32,533 nt of DNA from Catajapyx aquilonaris (lineage: Eukaryota): contig JYFJ02004385.1 of NCBI GenBank assembly GCA_000934665.2, positions 1 through 32,533 on the forward strand, read 5' to 3'. Every line of letters begins with the position of its first letter. Within the stretch, counting starts at the first letter, position 1. A program made the translations under genes and the position numbers. Below the pieces are notes generated by a model that made no database searches, was not told where the DNA came from, and worked only from the letters and a program-made list of their open reading frames with translations. Below, one piece after another: positions 12,764 to 23,967 of this stretch.

Positions 12764-13027
12764 AGGGCGACACGGTGGCGAAGTGGTTAGCGCCACAAAC
12801 CTTCCACCTCTAAGGTCCCGAGTTCGATCCCTAGGTCGCGCAGAGGATACTTATATGTGGATAGAGTTTCGATGGGTTCTCTCTGTGTTCGCGTGGGTTT
12901 TCTCGGGGTTCTCCCGTTTCCTCCCGCAATGGCGCAATCAAAATCCATCACACTCAGGCAATGATTAAAGTCGGTTCACGAAAAGATGATCCCCTAAGAG
13001 GCCAAGGCCTATCACGGGGTATTCATT
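12764..13027 (+). mobile_element. tRNA-derived SINE with V-SINE-like core
   Basis: A-box TGGCGAAGTGG, B-box GTTCGATCC, core GTGGGTTTTCTCGGGGTTCTCCCGTTTCCTCCC, 14-bp TSD TAGTAATTATA(G/T)CA (12750-12763, 13028-13041). Confidence 0.88.
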
Positions 13028-13179
13028 TAGTAATTATATCAGAAACTTCATCCCACTCTAGATGCCATATAATACATTACTATAGGCACCAACTTGCCAT
13101 AATTTGGCAAAAAATTTGGCAAAATTGCGAAAGTGGAGAGATAGACCAGGCAGCGACATCCGACGGTGAAGTGCCGAAG

Positions 13180-13442
13180 TAAGCTGGTGCAGAAGTAAAC
13201 GAGTCGCCCTAGGAGGTGGTGCCCCGCGCCCGGAACGACGGAAATGGGAATTCCGTGGAAAGGTCGCGGTCGGGGTTTTTTGCGTTTTATAAATTCCCTG
13301 GACACTATTTCCAAACAAAAAAAGTTTATTGCAAAATATAGAAAACGCGGGCTAAATTTTGACACCAATCCCAATGCTGTAGGCCGTACGGTGCGGGAGG
13401 AGTTGTGGGGACAGTCGGGTATTAATAATATAGATTATAGAT
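13180..13442 (-). mobile_element. Possible non-autonomous Helitron-like fragment
   Basis: Minus strand begins ATCTATAATCTATATTATTAATA, similar to HelitronN 5' ends, and is CpG-rich; 3' end not resolved. Confidence 0.3.
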
Positions 13443-15571
13443 GTCTGAAGCATTGAAGGTGAATTCACTGTCTTATAAACTAATTTTGTTATCATTGAGT
13501 CAGGTGTGTGTCCAGAGCAGTTCGAATTAGTTGCTTCCTGTCAAAAACAATCAAAAGACGGTCTCGGCCACCTGAATGACTTCAAACTGTCCATAACCGA
13601 AAGGTTGTACTACTGTCAATTTTGATTTCAGATTTTGACCGCCAAAATATCCAACCTAATAATAAAAGCCGCTTTAAATAACCGTTATCAAAGAACAAAC
13701 TCCATTCTAGCTAATATAGCAACTACTGCTGGCTCTGCTGAGGGCTGGATCAGCCTGTGACGTCACCGTAAACGCACCCTCCCCACCCTGTATTGAGAAA
13801 AACATAACCCCCGACCCTATCATCATCCTTTCCTCCCCCATAACCACCAGAAGAAAAAAGGTTACAATTCAAAACACGAAAAGTTGCAAATGCACGCTAA
13901 CAGATGATGATCATGATTACGATGGAAAGACAATAACAACAATCGATTCATAGTTGTATTAGTCGATATAACTGGGTCAAAAGTTTCCCTTTGCACTTTT
14001 ACAGACTGAGCATATTCAGCGCATTCGACTAATGAACCGACGCGATTGATGGATCAATTAAATGTCATATTCGGTCATTTACTCTTGACATTATTGCGAC
14101 GGGTGCATACAGGAGCAATGAAGATGCCGATCACGGTCGATGCCGATCATGATGCTGGAACATTGGTATACTTACCGGTTTTTACCGCACGCCCTCCTAG
14201 TTTCTAATGGTGACAATGTGATGCATTGCTGTAATGTATTTTTTGTTAATTCCTGTGACGGGTACGCCCCAAAAGTCGAGTATTTGTAGTGCGTAGGCCT
14301 ACCTGAGAGGGAGTATCCAGGTAGGTGGAATATTATACGTGTATAACTTTATTATCAGTATAAAAAAAAGCACTATTCATTAGATGGAGCTACTCTAACC
14401 TGTTTTCTCGTGCAAAGTACCGAACAGCTCACGTTTGTTCCTATTTCCACAAACTTCTCGCAGTTTCTGGCCTAGCATTACGGTATCGTAAGAATAGCGC
14501 ATGCCTCAGGTCCTTTTCATTCATTGTTATGCTTGAGTTCCTTACGTCCCTGTAGCCTACTATTTTTTCTCTCTCTGTGGATGGTGTATTTTTGAGAGTA
14601 CTGAGGTTATAGATTATGTGGAGCATTTGAGGAGCATTTGATATCTAATCTCGACATGATAGATTGCGATAAGACTGTAAACACTAACGGTATTTGTTTC
14701 ATAAGGCTGCAATCACAATGGTCGCGATATCAGGTACTTCGAAGTATTATCAGTGCATGCATCATTCGTCTGTGTAAATCGGAAGGCCAAGGACCTTAAG
14801 AATTTTCCATCAGCCTTTCAATTCAAGAAATGAAATCCGACATAATCAGATATTTTCTTCTCCATTTGTAATCATATGTGTGGAGGAATATATTGATGTA
14901 GGATTTAAAGAGTAATGGATGGAATTGAAAAAAAAAACACAATAATGATGGACGAGACAAAACCATTTTATTCAACTATAGTACCAGATCGCACGTGTTG
15001 AGTCCATGTGCTGAACAACACCTACTTAAACATCATCACTAAGTCTAAACTTATGCAATTCGTGAGAAAAACATATATGCCAGGGGTGTAGCAAAGGTTA
15101 TATGGGAGAGGGCATCTAGCAATAATAACCTACAAATAATTTCAACAACTACCCATAAAAATCACAATATCATAACACCCTTTACAAAGTGCCAGACGGC
15201 TTTATAATTCAGGTATAATCCACAAACACGTGTCACTTTATTTTCTGCAACTAGCGATCAGAATAGACTCATGCGTACTACACAGTGTGAATGGACTATG
15301 TAGGTGAACTCCTTTTAACACCTTTTTCTATCCATCCTACTCACTCCAAGGTACGTAGGCAGGGCGGAGGCTGGATCCCCCCTCCTCTCAGAGCACCCCT
15401 TCACTCCCCCTGGCATACGCAGCATGACAACATGAAGAAAAACTCATAACAAGACAAAAATTCATCGGATAAAAATCCTATTGAGCGGACCTGATTGTTG
15501 TCGTTGGGCGTGTCCCCTGGCTAGAATATATACCCTGGGCTGCTTGTCCATCCCTCATCCAAAACCCAAGA

Positions 15572-15802
15572 TCAGTGGGCGAGACGATAGGGAACCCTCT
15601 CAGCCCTACCCTTCCTCCAAAGCAGGAATCCGGCCATGAGTCCTACGCCGACTCCAACCACCGCCATGGCCAAGGCGAGACCAGCCACTGCCCCCGACGT
15701 GTAGGCAGCACGCCCCAGGCGAAGACTTTTGCGACCGAGGCGGCCACCGGGGTGCAGCGCCTCCGACAAGGTCACCAACGACCCCCGCACCAGTGGTACC
15801 AT
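15572..15802 (-). CDS. LolA/EPDR-like membrane protein last exon (TM helix + short cytoplasmic tail)
   Basis: Acceptor gcctgccccag; YTSGAVAGLALAMAVVGVGVGLMAGFLLW hydrophobic span followed by basic RKGR and VPYRLAH*; candidate AATAAA signals on the minus strand near 15237 and 14967. Confidence 0.85.
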   Translation of the reverse strand: MVPLVRGSLVTLSEALHPGGRLGRKSLRLGRAAYTSGAVAGLALAMAVVGVGVGLMAGFLLWRKGRAERVPYRLAH

Positions 15803-16926
15803 CTGGGGCAGGCCACGGATGAGTGGGAGTTGATGATGGTATTATATAGAGAGAGATAAAAAAAAGGGGGGGGACAAGTAGGAAGTTTTCATTCTGGTCA
15901 TTGGATGGACAGGCTTGATTTTCCCGTAGCTGGGCCAGGTTTTTTGAATTTAGTGATGGATGAATAGTGACAGGGTGACCTTGCGTTTCAATCAGTTGTG
16001 AGAAATAATATTGGAATATTTATATTCTAGGTGGTCTTTCATGACGTGTCATTGACGGGGAGGGTAGAGATTGGGATGGAAGTCGACACAGGAAGAACGG
16101 TTTTCTCTTCCTGTCTCGCCTGACACTCTTTTAAAACAAGCGGCGCGGCGTAACGTTATGGGAAAGCACGGCTCAGGCTCTATAATAATGACTCTGCAAC
16201 TAGACGTGATGGCGATTCGGATATGAACCGGACAATTTAGCGTTACTTTCATGTAGGTGTGCGTGTTGCAGAACTATCTGAATACATAATCTGACAATAA
16301 TAATGCAAATATTGTCCCCCAATATATGCCTTGTCATGCTGATACCGTATGTTAATTTTGTCAGATATGCGCATATTATAAATAGAGTAGCTGCTGTCAA
16401 TCATATTCAGAGAGTACGTCGTCCACCTACTGTACTAGAAAACATTTCAAAACCCAAGGTTCACTTTAGAGATAGGACTGAACTGCTGAAGGGTGGCAGC
16501 GGGTGGCAGTGGGTGAGGGTAGCGGGGAAGGATGGTACACGTAGGCTACAGTATAGCTAACTTCTGAAAGTCTGTGCTGCTAAATAGACCTACTGGTCCG
16601 TTACATATACTGCATGGATTTACAGGTAGGCCCGGTTGCGTTGTAGGACGGGGTTCGGTTCCGCAAGACAGGGTCGTAGCCTATAAGATGAAAAGGCCTA
16701 CCTGCATATAAGCTCTGTCATAAAGCACCATGAGAAACAAGATTAGCGCCTATAGTATGTTTGCATTCAGAGGTGCGGTGCCGGTAGGGCCTATGTGTTT
16801 ATGTTTCGATTTATTGTTATGTCAAAAAATAAACAAATATTTCAATTTTTAAAGGTAATTTAGAAAAAGTCGTTATTGTGAAACGTCGCAAAGCAGGGCC
16901 TATCCGTAACTTATTTCAATTGTGAC

Positions 16927-17265
16927 CAGACCCGGATTTACCCCCCCCCCCCCCGGCCGCCCTTATCCGCCCCCCGGTATGCTGCTTCAAAATTCCATTT
17001 TTCTCTTGTGTTCTCTCCTATATTTCATTTCATTTCGGCAATAGTTGGACTGACTAACTTCAACACAGCATAGTTGGAACTCATTTCGGCAATTACCTTT
17101 TCTGCCTAAAGCGGTAAATCAAGTGCTCAAAAAGGTTTTTTTGTGTGTGTGTGATCTCGCCTTTATTTCTTATTATAGTATTTGAAGAGAAAAAAAAAAT
17201 TATTGTAACTCGCGGCCGCCCCTATAGGCAAGTGCCTACTGTGCCTAATGGAAAATCCGGCGCTG
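16927..17265. mobile_element. hAT-like MITE
   Basis: Imperfect TIRs CAGACCCGGATTT / CAGCGCCGGATTT and an 8-bp TSD-like pair ATTGTGAC / AACGTGAC. Confidence 0.65.
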
Positions 17266-17410
17266 AACGTGACTATAATAACTTTTTAACTGTTGTTACA
17301 TCGCGCTTGAACCATCCTTGAGAACCACAGTTTGATAAGCGTTTCTAAAGGGTGATGCAACAATGTTAAGTAGATAAATTGTTAATTTTATAATTAAATA
17401 AAACACTGAC

Positions 17411-17635
17411 CAGAAGACGTCCGGGCCCTAGCTCGAGGCGCACGGAGACGCTGTGGTGGGCCACCACGGATCGCAACAACTGGAAGGCGTCGGCTAGCGG
17501 AAGTTGAGGTGCTGGAGACTCGGATGTGGACGATCCCAATGGCGGGCGTTCCAAAAGGACGAACCAAGCCAATGATGAACCGTCTTTCTCCTCGTCGTCT
17601 ACATCGTAGCCCAAGTCATCATCGGCTCCTTGTAA
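17411..17635 (-). CDS. LolA/EPDR-like membrane protein exon 10
   Basis: Acceptor ttttgatttgtag, donor CTG|GTCAGT; LQGADDDLGYDVDDEEKDGSSLAWFVLLERPP...LADAFQLLRSVV... Confidence 0.83.
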
Positions 17636-17722
17636 CTACAAATCAAAAGTAATACAACCTGAGTGATAATGCAACATTGTTCTTACTGTAAAACTATATA
17701 TTATATTAGCACCAATACATAC

Positions 17723-17832
17723 AAAGACTCCGGTCACACGAAGTGGCGAAACACCTGCAAGTCCTGCAATGGCTCTGCGAAGAGAATCTTGAGCTGCCTC
17801 CAGACCAAACTGCACCAGATGCTCGTACGATT
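17723..17832 (-). CDS. LolA/EPDR-like membrane protein exon 9 (SEA-like juxtamembrane module)
   Basis: Acceptor ctgacttgcag, donor TTT|GTATGT; ESYEHLVQFGLEAAQDSLRRAIAGLAGVSPLRVTGVF. Confidence 0.85.
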
Positions 17833-17901
17833 CTGCAAGTCAGCAATGTGGCAGGAGACTCATATATGCTGAGGCACCATTAATTCAGGCATATGACAAA
17901 C

Positions 17902-18040
17902 CTCTCAAAGTCAAGCGCAGAAAGAGTCTCTGTGCTCTCGGAAGACAAGGTTGAATATCAAAATGGTGCCAGGCAGGATGCCCAGCGCGGTAGTGAAGAA
18001 AGTGAGTAACGGCAACCTGGGTGAAAGTCTCATCTTCTCC
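17902..18040 (-). CDS. LolA/EPDR-like membrane protein exon 8
   Basis: Acceptor cttttacag, donor G|GTTTGT; GEDETFTQVAVTHFLHYRAGHPAWHHFDIQPCLPRAQRLFLRLTLR. Confidence 0.85.
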
Positions 18041-18098
18041 CTGTAAAAGGTTCGACATCAGTTGTGTGGTGCAACAAAGAATTAGAATTATTTCTTAC

Positions 18099-18275
18099 CG
18101 GAGGTGATGAGTATGTGGCCAGTCCCAGAGGAGCTCTCTGTACTCGATTGACCCCCTCTACCTCGACGCTCCAGTTGTCATGAGAGAAGAAGAGTTCCAG
18201 AGTGGCCTTACCACCTCCGGGTTCCTTGTTCCTCTCGGACACCCACACGTCAGCCAGAACACCGCGAACTTCTCT
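18099..18275 (-). CDS. LolA/EPDR-like membrane protein exon 7
   Basis: Acceptor gtcctttcag, donor CCG|GTAAGA; REVRGVLADVWVSER...TLELFFSHDNWSVEVEG. Confidence 0.87.
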
Positions 18276-18331
18276 CTGAAAGGACATTTTCGAGTGTACG
18301 GAGAATGGTGTGCCAAGAATGCCGCACGTAC

Positions 18332-18492
18332 CATTCCCGTGTAGACAAATGAGTCGGGATCAGCTGACAAGAGCTCCTGAGCATGCCGTAAACGAACGTG
18401 ATGCGAGTCCAATGCCCAGGCATCAAGGGCAGCCGCTGGAATCCCTCCTAAAGTACAATTACCCGTGTCTTCGTTGATCTCAAACTGTAGAC
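18332..18492 (-). CDS. LolA/EPDR-like membrane protein exon 6
   Basis: Acceptor cttctgttag, donor ATG|GTACGT; LQFEINEDTGNCTLGGIP...HVRLRHAQELL...FVYTGM. Confidence 0.87.
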
Positions 18493-18556
18493 CTAACAGA
18501 AGAAAGGCGAATTCAGAAGCAATTTTCGGCACTGTAGTGTTTGCGTGTCTATTTAC

Positions 18557-18728
18557 CTGTTCTAAAATCATGTACAACACGAAGAGTATCGGCAGGCAAC
18601 GTTTGAGCGAATGGAAAAGCAGCAAAGAGCGTGGCTGGCAGGGCATGGAGATGAGGGCGCCATCGGAAAGCAGCCAGTTTCTCTCCAAAGTCAAAGTGGA
18701 ACTCTTCGTACGAGAGAGTACGTTGTCT
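18557..18728 (-). CDS. LolA/EPDR-like membrane protein exon 5
   Basis: Acceptor tttttcag, donor G|GTAAAT; RTLSYEEFHFDFGEKLAAFRW...LRVVHDFRT(G). Confidence 0.87.
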
Positions 18729-18783
18729 CTGAAAAACTACAAGCATGCAGCACATGGATTTGAAGAAGGTGCAAACGACTTAC

Positions 18784-18991
18784 AGCTGCTACGGTTTCCA
18801 TAATGACTGAGAACTGCTCTGCCAATCGGGGAAGACGTTTTCTCTGAGGCCCCAAGGGCGGACAGTAGACACCTCTTGGGGGCAGAAAGGGCGAGCCGGG
18901 TCGGTCCCATCCTCCGGCTGCACCCTCAGCCTTGCGGAAGTTCACTACAGCATACACCAGTCTCAGGTTGCCACCTAACAGGCCCAGAGTC
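18784..18991 (-). CDS. LolA/EPDR-like membrane protein exon 4
   Basis: Acceptor ttccatag, donor GCT|GTAAGT; LRLVYAVVNFRK...FLPPRGVYCPP...KRLPRLAEQFSVIMETV, the inter-repeat F-x-P-P-x-G-V-Y-C motif. Confidence 0.85.
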
Positions 18992-19056
18992 CTATGGAAC
19001 AGTCCAACGTTGTTGAACACCGTAGATGATTCATAGTAGATTCATGTGATACATAC

Positions 19057-19321
19057 CTGGCCGAACCTTCAATCGCGAAAGCCGCAGGTACCAATGAGTG
19101 TCCCTCAGCCCGGGCGAAGGTGGCTCGGACGCTGACCCCATCTCTGGTGGTCTTCCAGGACCAGAGTTCAGCTCCATCGACCCCGACCTCCTGTGCCTGG
19201 ACTCCGACGGGGTCAGCCACAAGAAATGCCAGCAAAGTGGCAGCCGGTACGAAGGAAGCACAACCTCCACTGCCGCAGAAGCAGGACTGGGGCAGCGCCG
19301 ATGACCTGTGGCATTGTATGC
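19057..19321 (-). CDS. LolA/EPDR-like membrane protein exon 3
   Basis: GIQCHRSSALPQSCFCGSGGC...WSWKTTRDGVSVRATFARAEGHSLVPAAFAIEGSA(R); donor AG|GTATGT; the acceptor (cacaaag) is weak, so the 5' boundary is less certain. Confidence 0.7.
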
Positions 19322-19402
19322 CTTTGTGGTGATGGCCAACAAATTGCGTGAATAATGCGCTGCTCATTGACACTAGATTGGCTAATGATCAAGGGAACCT
19401 AC

Positions 19403-19574
19403 CTCGTATGACGTGTCCTGTTCCGGTGGTCAGGTGGACCAGGCATGAAGTTGGTGGGTGGTGGAGAGTAGGAGGAACCAGAGTCACGGCCAGACTACTG
19501 CCTTCGCCATGTTCCAGAACGGTGAAGTAGGTACGTTGGACGGCATCCCACACTTTCAGAGTTACGTGGTAGTT
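19403..19574 (-). CDS. LolA/EPDR-like membrane protein exon 2
   Basis: Acceptor ttgttctcgtag, donor G|GTAGGT; NYHVTLKVWDAVQRTYFTVLEHGEG...TGTGHVIR, 172 nt. Confidence 0.8.
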
Positions 19575-20365
19575 CTACGAGAACAATAAGGTAATCATAA
19601 GAGCAGTATAAGGCGCGTAAGCACAGTATGACAAAATGAAGTTTAGGACAAACGTATAATTATATTCTGATGTTTACACTGTCAGCACTTTCTTGATAGT
19701 TGATGGTCGTTTAGCGCAGTCCTGTACATATTTGTCCTAAACTATGTTTATACATATATAACTACCCCATTTAGATGGTCTACACTAAATGTCCATGATA
19801 CAGATCTTGTGACCTATATATGTGCTTGTCATGGCGAGACGCATAAACTACTAGATGGAATTTGGAAATATTTACGAAGCTTCCTACCATTTCAAGAATG
19901 TAACCTGAAGACAGAGTGATGTGCTGAATGGGCTATTAATAGTAGGGGGAGAGGGGGGGGGGTCCAATATTTGAGGATGTAGTCTTCGCGTATACTGATT
20001 AACATTTGCGTATGAATAAGAAGATTGCACACTAAACTAAATGCGTTGCACAGCGATATGTACAGAGGTAGATTCACGAGCTATTGTACTATTGTAAGTT
20101 ATTTAAAATAAAACATATGAACGCGGGCCCATAATATGGACCTACTTGTAGCCTATATGAGCTGAGGTTATTGGCCTCTATAATGAGTCTTTCTGTTAGT
20201 GTTTATTAGGACTGTACTGTACTATTTGGACAATATCACCACGGACATTCTCTCACAAGACTTGTTAAGTGAAATATTATTGTTCCTGATAAATTGTGCC
20301 GATAACCATATCGCAAAAAATTAGCGTCATTGCTAGTTGATGGGATTTTTATACTGCTGCACTAA

Positions 20366-20520
20366 GGCCGGGTTCCACCGGCTCCCGGAAAGTCTGGCAG
20401 ACAAAGAGCCGGGTTACTTTATTATTCATTTTTGTCAACCATGCTGTCAACAATGAATAACAAAGTAACCCGGTTCTTTGTCGGCCAGACAAATTTTCCG
20501 GGAGCCGGTGCAACCCGGTC
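20366..20520. mobile_element. PIF/Harbinger (Tourist-like) palindromic MITE
   Basis: 155 bp, almost entirely self-complementary (GGCCGGGTTCCACCGGCTCCCGGAAA...TTTCCGGGAGCCGGTGCAACCCGGTC), TAA on both flanks. Confidence 0.85.
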
Positions 20521-21698
20521 TAATGGCGATAATGAATGGTTGATGATGACTCAGGAGTTTTTTTTCTGGCGTGTGGAGCAGCACTTCTCATCACTTGATA
20601 GAGGATAATTATGTATGACACAAGTATACGCGTCGAGGAGTCGACGATGAAGGGATGAATTACATTATAAGAGAGATGACAAAGGGGTACTAATCTACAG
20701 ACTTGTAAAATAATAATGAAAAGAGAGCACCTCGGGATTACCCGGAAACAAGAATATTGGGCGCATTGTGGACAACTGAGAATACGCAGGACGTCATTGT
20801 AATGTAGTAAAACTAATAAAACTGGTTTTATTTTAGGATTTGCACAGTAGCTTGAAATTCTGTATCATGTTAACGCTCTGAAATTAAAATTACATTTTCA
20901 TTGACGACTTTTTTTCCGTAGGCTCGCTTTGCAAATTGCCACCACAATTCTCCATATTCATGAACTCTATAGCCGGTACATTTCACATTCAGAACGGGTC
21001 CTGTACTGTACTGTACAGTACCTCCATGTGTTACACTCAGTTACAGTCTCCTCATCAACAACATAATAATAGTCCAACTTGTTTCAAGAATCAAACAATG
21101 TTGTACCCACGACTCCTTAATTATTCCCTCCAAATCAGCGCTGTAAAGGAGCTAATTGAGGCACAAAGCAGGTGACAGTAACCCTACATACTGTGGTATG
21201 ATATATGAAAACAGTTAGTTGTAAACCAGCCTAGAACAGACCATTACCTTACTTCATTACACCTGAGGCACAATAAACTCAAATAACCCGACCCCTACCA
21301 TCGATCCAGTTGACTGTAGGGAGCTCCCACTTGTCATATTCCTTCCATAATGACGCATATCATTACGACCAAGACATTTCGAGTAATTTGAGGACCACAG
21401 TGTGATTGTCGCTTTGCCATTGTGCTAAGGGTAGCCACAGGCATGCGACTATTTCCATTTTGGGAGAAAGGGCTCGCAGCAATCGAGCTTGAATGTCCTC
21501 GTCTATTTCCATCACGCCAAGTTTACCAGCATTTTTACCCCACCCCTTCTGTCGCTTCTTTTAACCACTCGGAATGTCAGGCACCTCCAAGCCAGAACTT
21601 TGATGTTTACAAACATTGCCGTGAACTTCTCTAATTGGAGGCAAACTCACTTCTAGTATGCACAAAATAGACTAGGTAGTAATTAGAAATAAAATTAC

Positions 21699-21953
21699 GG
21701 GCGGCAGTTGCGGGGGTGTGAGATCCAAGGCCGGAGGAGGAGATGTGAGCAGCGATGGGGTCAAAGGTCGAAGTGTAGCAGCTAGGGTGAAGTTGACCAT
21801 ATCTTCGTCCGGGTCGACGGTGGTGGTCAAGGGCGGCGGCGGAGAAGAGCTTACCACTGTTTCGTTGACGTATGACATGAATTCCGGTTGCCATTGTTGC
21901 AAGCAGGTGCCCATTGACACCATCACCCACAGGCTCACCACAAACGACAGCAT
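21699..21953 (-). CDS. LolA/ependymin-like type I membrane protein, coding exon 1 (signal peptide + S/T/P-rich segment)
   Basis: MLSFVVSLWVMVSMGTC hydrophobic leader, then a Thr/Ser/Pro-rich stretch with NET and NFT sequons ending PPQLPP; donor CCC|GTAATT, phase 0. Confidence 0.75.
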
Positions 21954-23524
21954 CCTGTCTCCGTTTACACCTAACCCCACCAAAATCCAGTATTATTACA
22001 GGTGTTTCTATACTTCCCCCCCAAAAAATGACATTATCAACTCAATTTTCTCATATGCGAGCAAACACCTGTCAACGGGAGTGTAAACACCCACGTTGAC
22101 TTATCTGGCACGTAATCTCATTTGAAAGCCCCCAAATCGGATCCTAGCACCTTAGGAGCAACCTGAGCCGAAACCAATTTGGCCGCCTCTCTAAGGAGCC
22201 CCTAACAGAGCCAATCACTCGCACAGTCGTGTAAAAAGAGCTTAAGTAAATAAAGAGCCTAGTGAAAATAGGAAATCACACCCAGCTCTTCTCGACACCC
22301 GCCGTCCTTCCGCCTTACTTGGGCTCCTCTAGTCTCTGGCAAGCCGATCGATCAGGTGTGCGCAGCGTTGACATGTGTACCCGCCAATAGTGGATGTTCA
22401 TCATATGTGCAAATATGGTTATGTAGTTTGGAAGATAGCTTTGAATTTGTGCTGAATTGGCGAGGGGGGGGTCTGAAAGATTATTTGTATATTTTAAAGT
22501 GATGGGAGGAGGGGCTGTATGGACCACAATCGTGGTTCTTATCGATTGACAACATCGCAGATTACGCGGGATCGGAGCCACACCCTCCCTCACCAAAATG
22601 ATGTCAAAATGACGTCCCCCTTTTAATAATTCGGCGGAGAATGCGTGGTGGATGGGGGGAAATATGGTGGTGTTTCTTTGGGGTTTTACAGCAAAATAGT
22701 GTCTGATGTTGATGGATTGAAAGATATTCAAATTCGCGCCATTGCTTAATTTGATGGCGTGCTATTTGCTCTCTGTAACTTTTCTGGAATGAAACGTTCA
22801 TTGCTGGTCTTTCAGGGCATGGGTCACCTTGCCTGCACTTGAAGAGTGCAATCCACATGGTGACATTTTTCACACAGTGTTTTAGACATCCCTATATATG
22901 AATATCCACAGGGCACATCATCTTCAAAGTGAGATACTATGTGATGATAGTATAATTATGATGCTCAAACTGTCTGTGCTGAAGACTCACTGGACTTTCT
23001 AGATTTTTTCTTCTCATTTACGCGTATATGCTTCATATTGTGCTGATGCAATATCCTGTGACCAGGTTAGGAATACCTCTGTATGGTGACCAGCTTTCGA
23101 CTACTGCCTAATGGCAAATGCCTTCGTTACTTTCCAAATGCCCCCCTTGTACTGTACAGTATCATGGTATCATACATCACATAGCAATTATACCTGGTTT
23201 GGAGGGCTTTGGTAATTACAAGATTTCTCCTTTGGGTTCATGTGGATGATGGGATTAACATGACAACTGCTTATGTTCTTGTTCAGACTATAGGACTGGG
23301 TTGTGAAATTGAACTGTAATAAGTGCAGAAGGCTGTAAAAGAGTGCCCAAAACAGTCAGCCTTACCATCCAGCTGGTGAGGGATTGTCTAATATCCATAA
23401 CTAATCATCATTCCAACAATAGAAAATAATATCTCTCTGCAATGGCTGACTTTGATGAGAAAGGGGAGATATAAGTGCATACATACCATTCCATACCTTC
23501 CAGCAGCACTCGGCATTTTCAATA

Positions 23525-23698
23525 CAGTAAAACCTCGATATAACACTCTTCAAGGGACCGCCCAAAAGTAGTGTTATAAGTGGGATAGCATTATATGCAG
23601 GAAAATTTACCTTATAGAAATGGTCAAGGGACTGGAAAAGGGGGGCGTTAAGAGCGGGAAAGCGTTATGTGCAGGAGCATTATATTGAGGTTTTACTG
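23525..23698. mobile_element. Short Tigger/pogo-like MITE
   Basis: TIRs CAGTAAAACCTC(G/A)ATATAA; TA on the left flank, TC on the right. Confidence 0.85.
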
Positions 23699-23967
23699 TC
23701 TGCATCAAGGGGGTAATCACTTCGGTACTCCGGTGTACACCTGCGAGTGGTACTCCCTGGTACTCCTTGAATTTGGTACTCCAGTGTACACTTTTCAGTC
23801 GAGGGATTACCCCTTTGGTCTGCATATAATTTCTGTGCATTCCTCTCACCACAACCTGTGTCCCAACCCATCCCATCCTTCACCTGAGAGCCCTTGCAGC
23901 AGCTTAATAAGAGATGGTAGAAAAAGAGAATACACACCCAACAAGAGGGGGTCATATAAGCTGATAT

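Noticed and set aside
15072..15426. Possible hAT remnant (ATATGCCAGGGG...CCCCTGGCATAC) in the 3' region of the LolA-like gene
   Set aside because: Short inverted match only, with no TSD
15572..15595. YRLA as a YxxPhi lysosomal sorting motif
   Set aside because: The +3 residue is Ala, not bulky hydrophobic
18158..18694. 178-aa ORF as a standalone gene
   Set aside because: Only 18492-18332 is exon in that frame; the rest is intron or out-of-frame exon
18465..19530. Plus-strand ORFs over the LolA-like gene
   Set aside because: Antisense shadows of GC-rich coding exons with no recognisable protein features
22319..22400. Non-coding first exon of the LolA-like gene (donor AA|GTAAGG)
   Set aside because: Plausible, but supported only by a single donor-like motif
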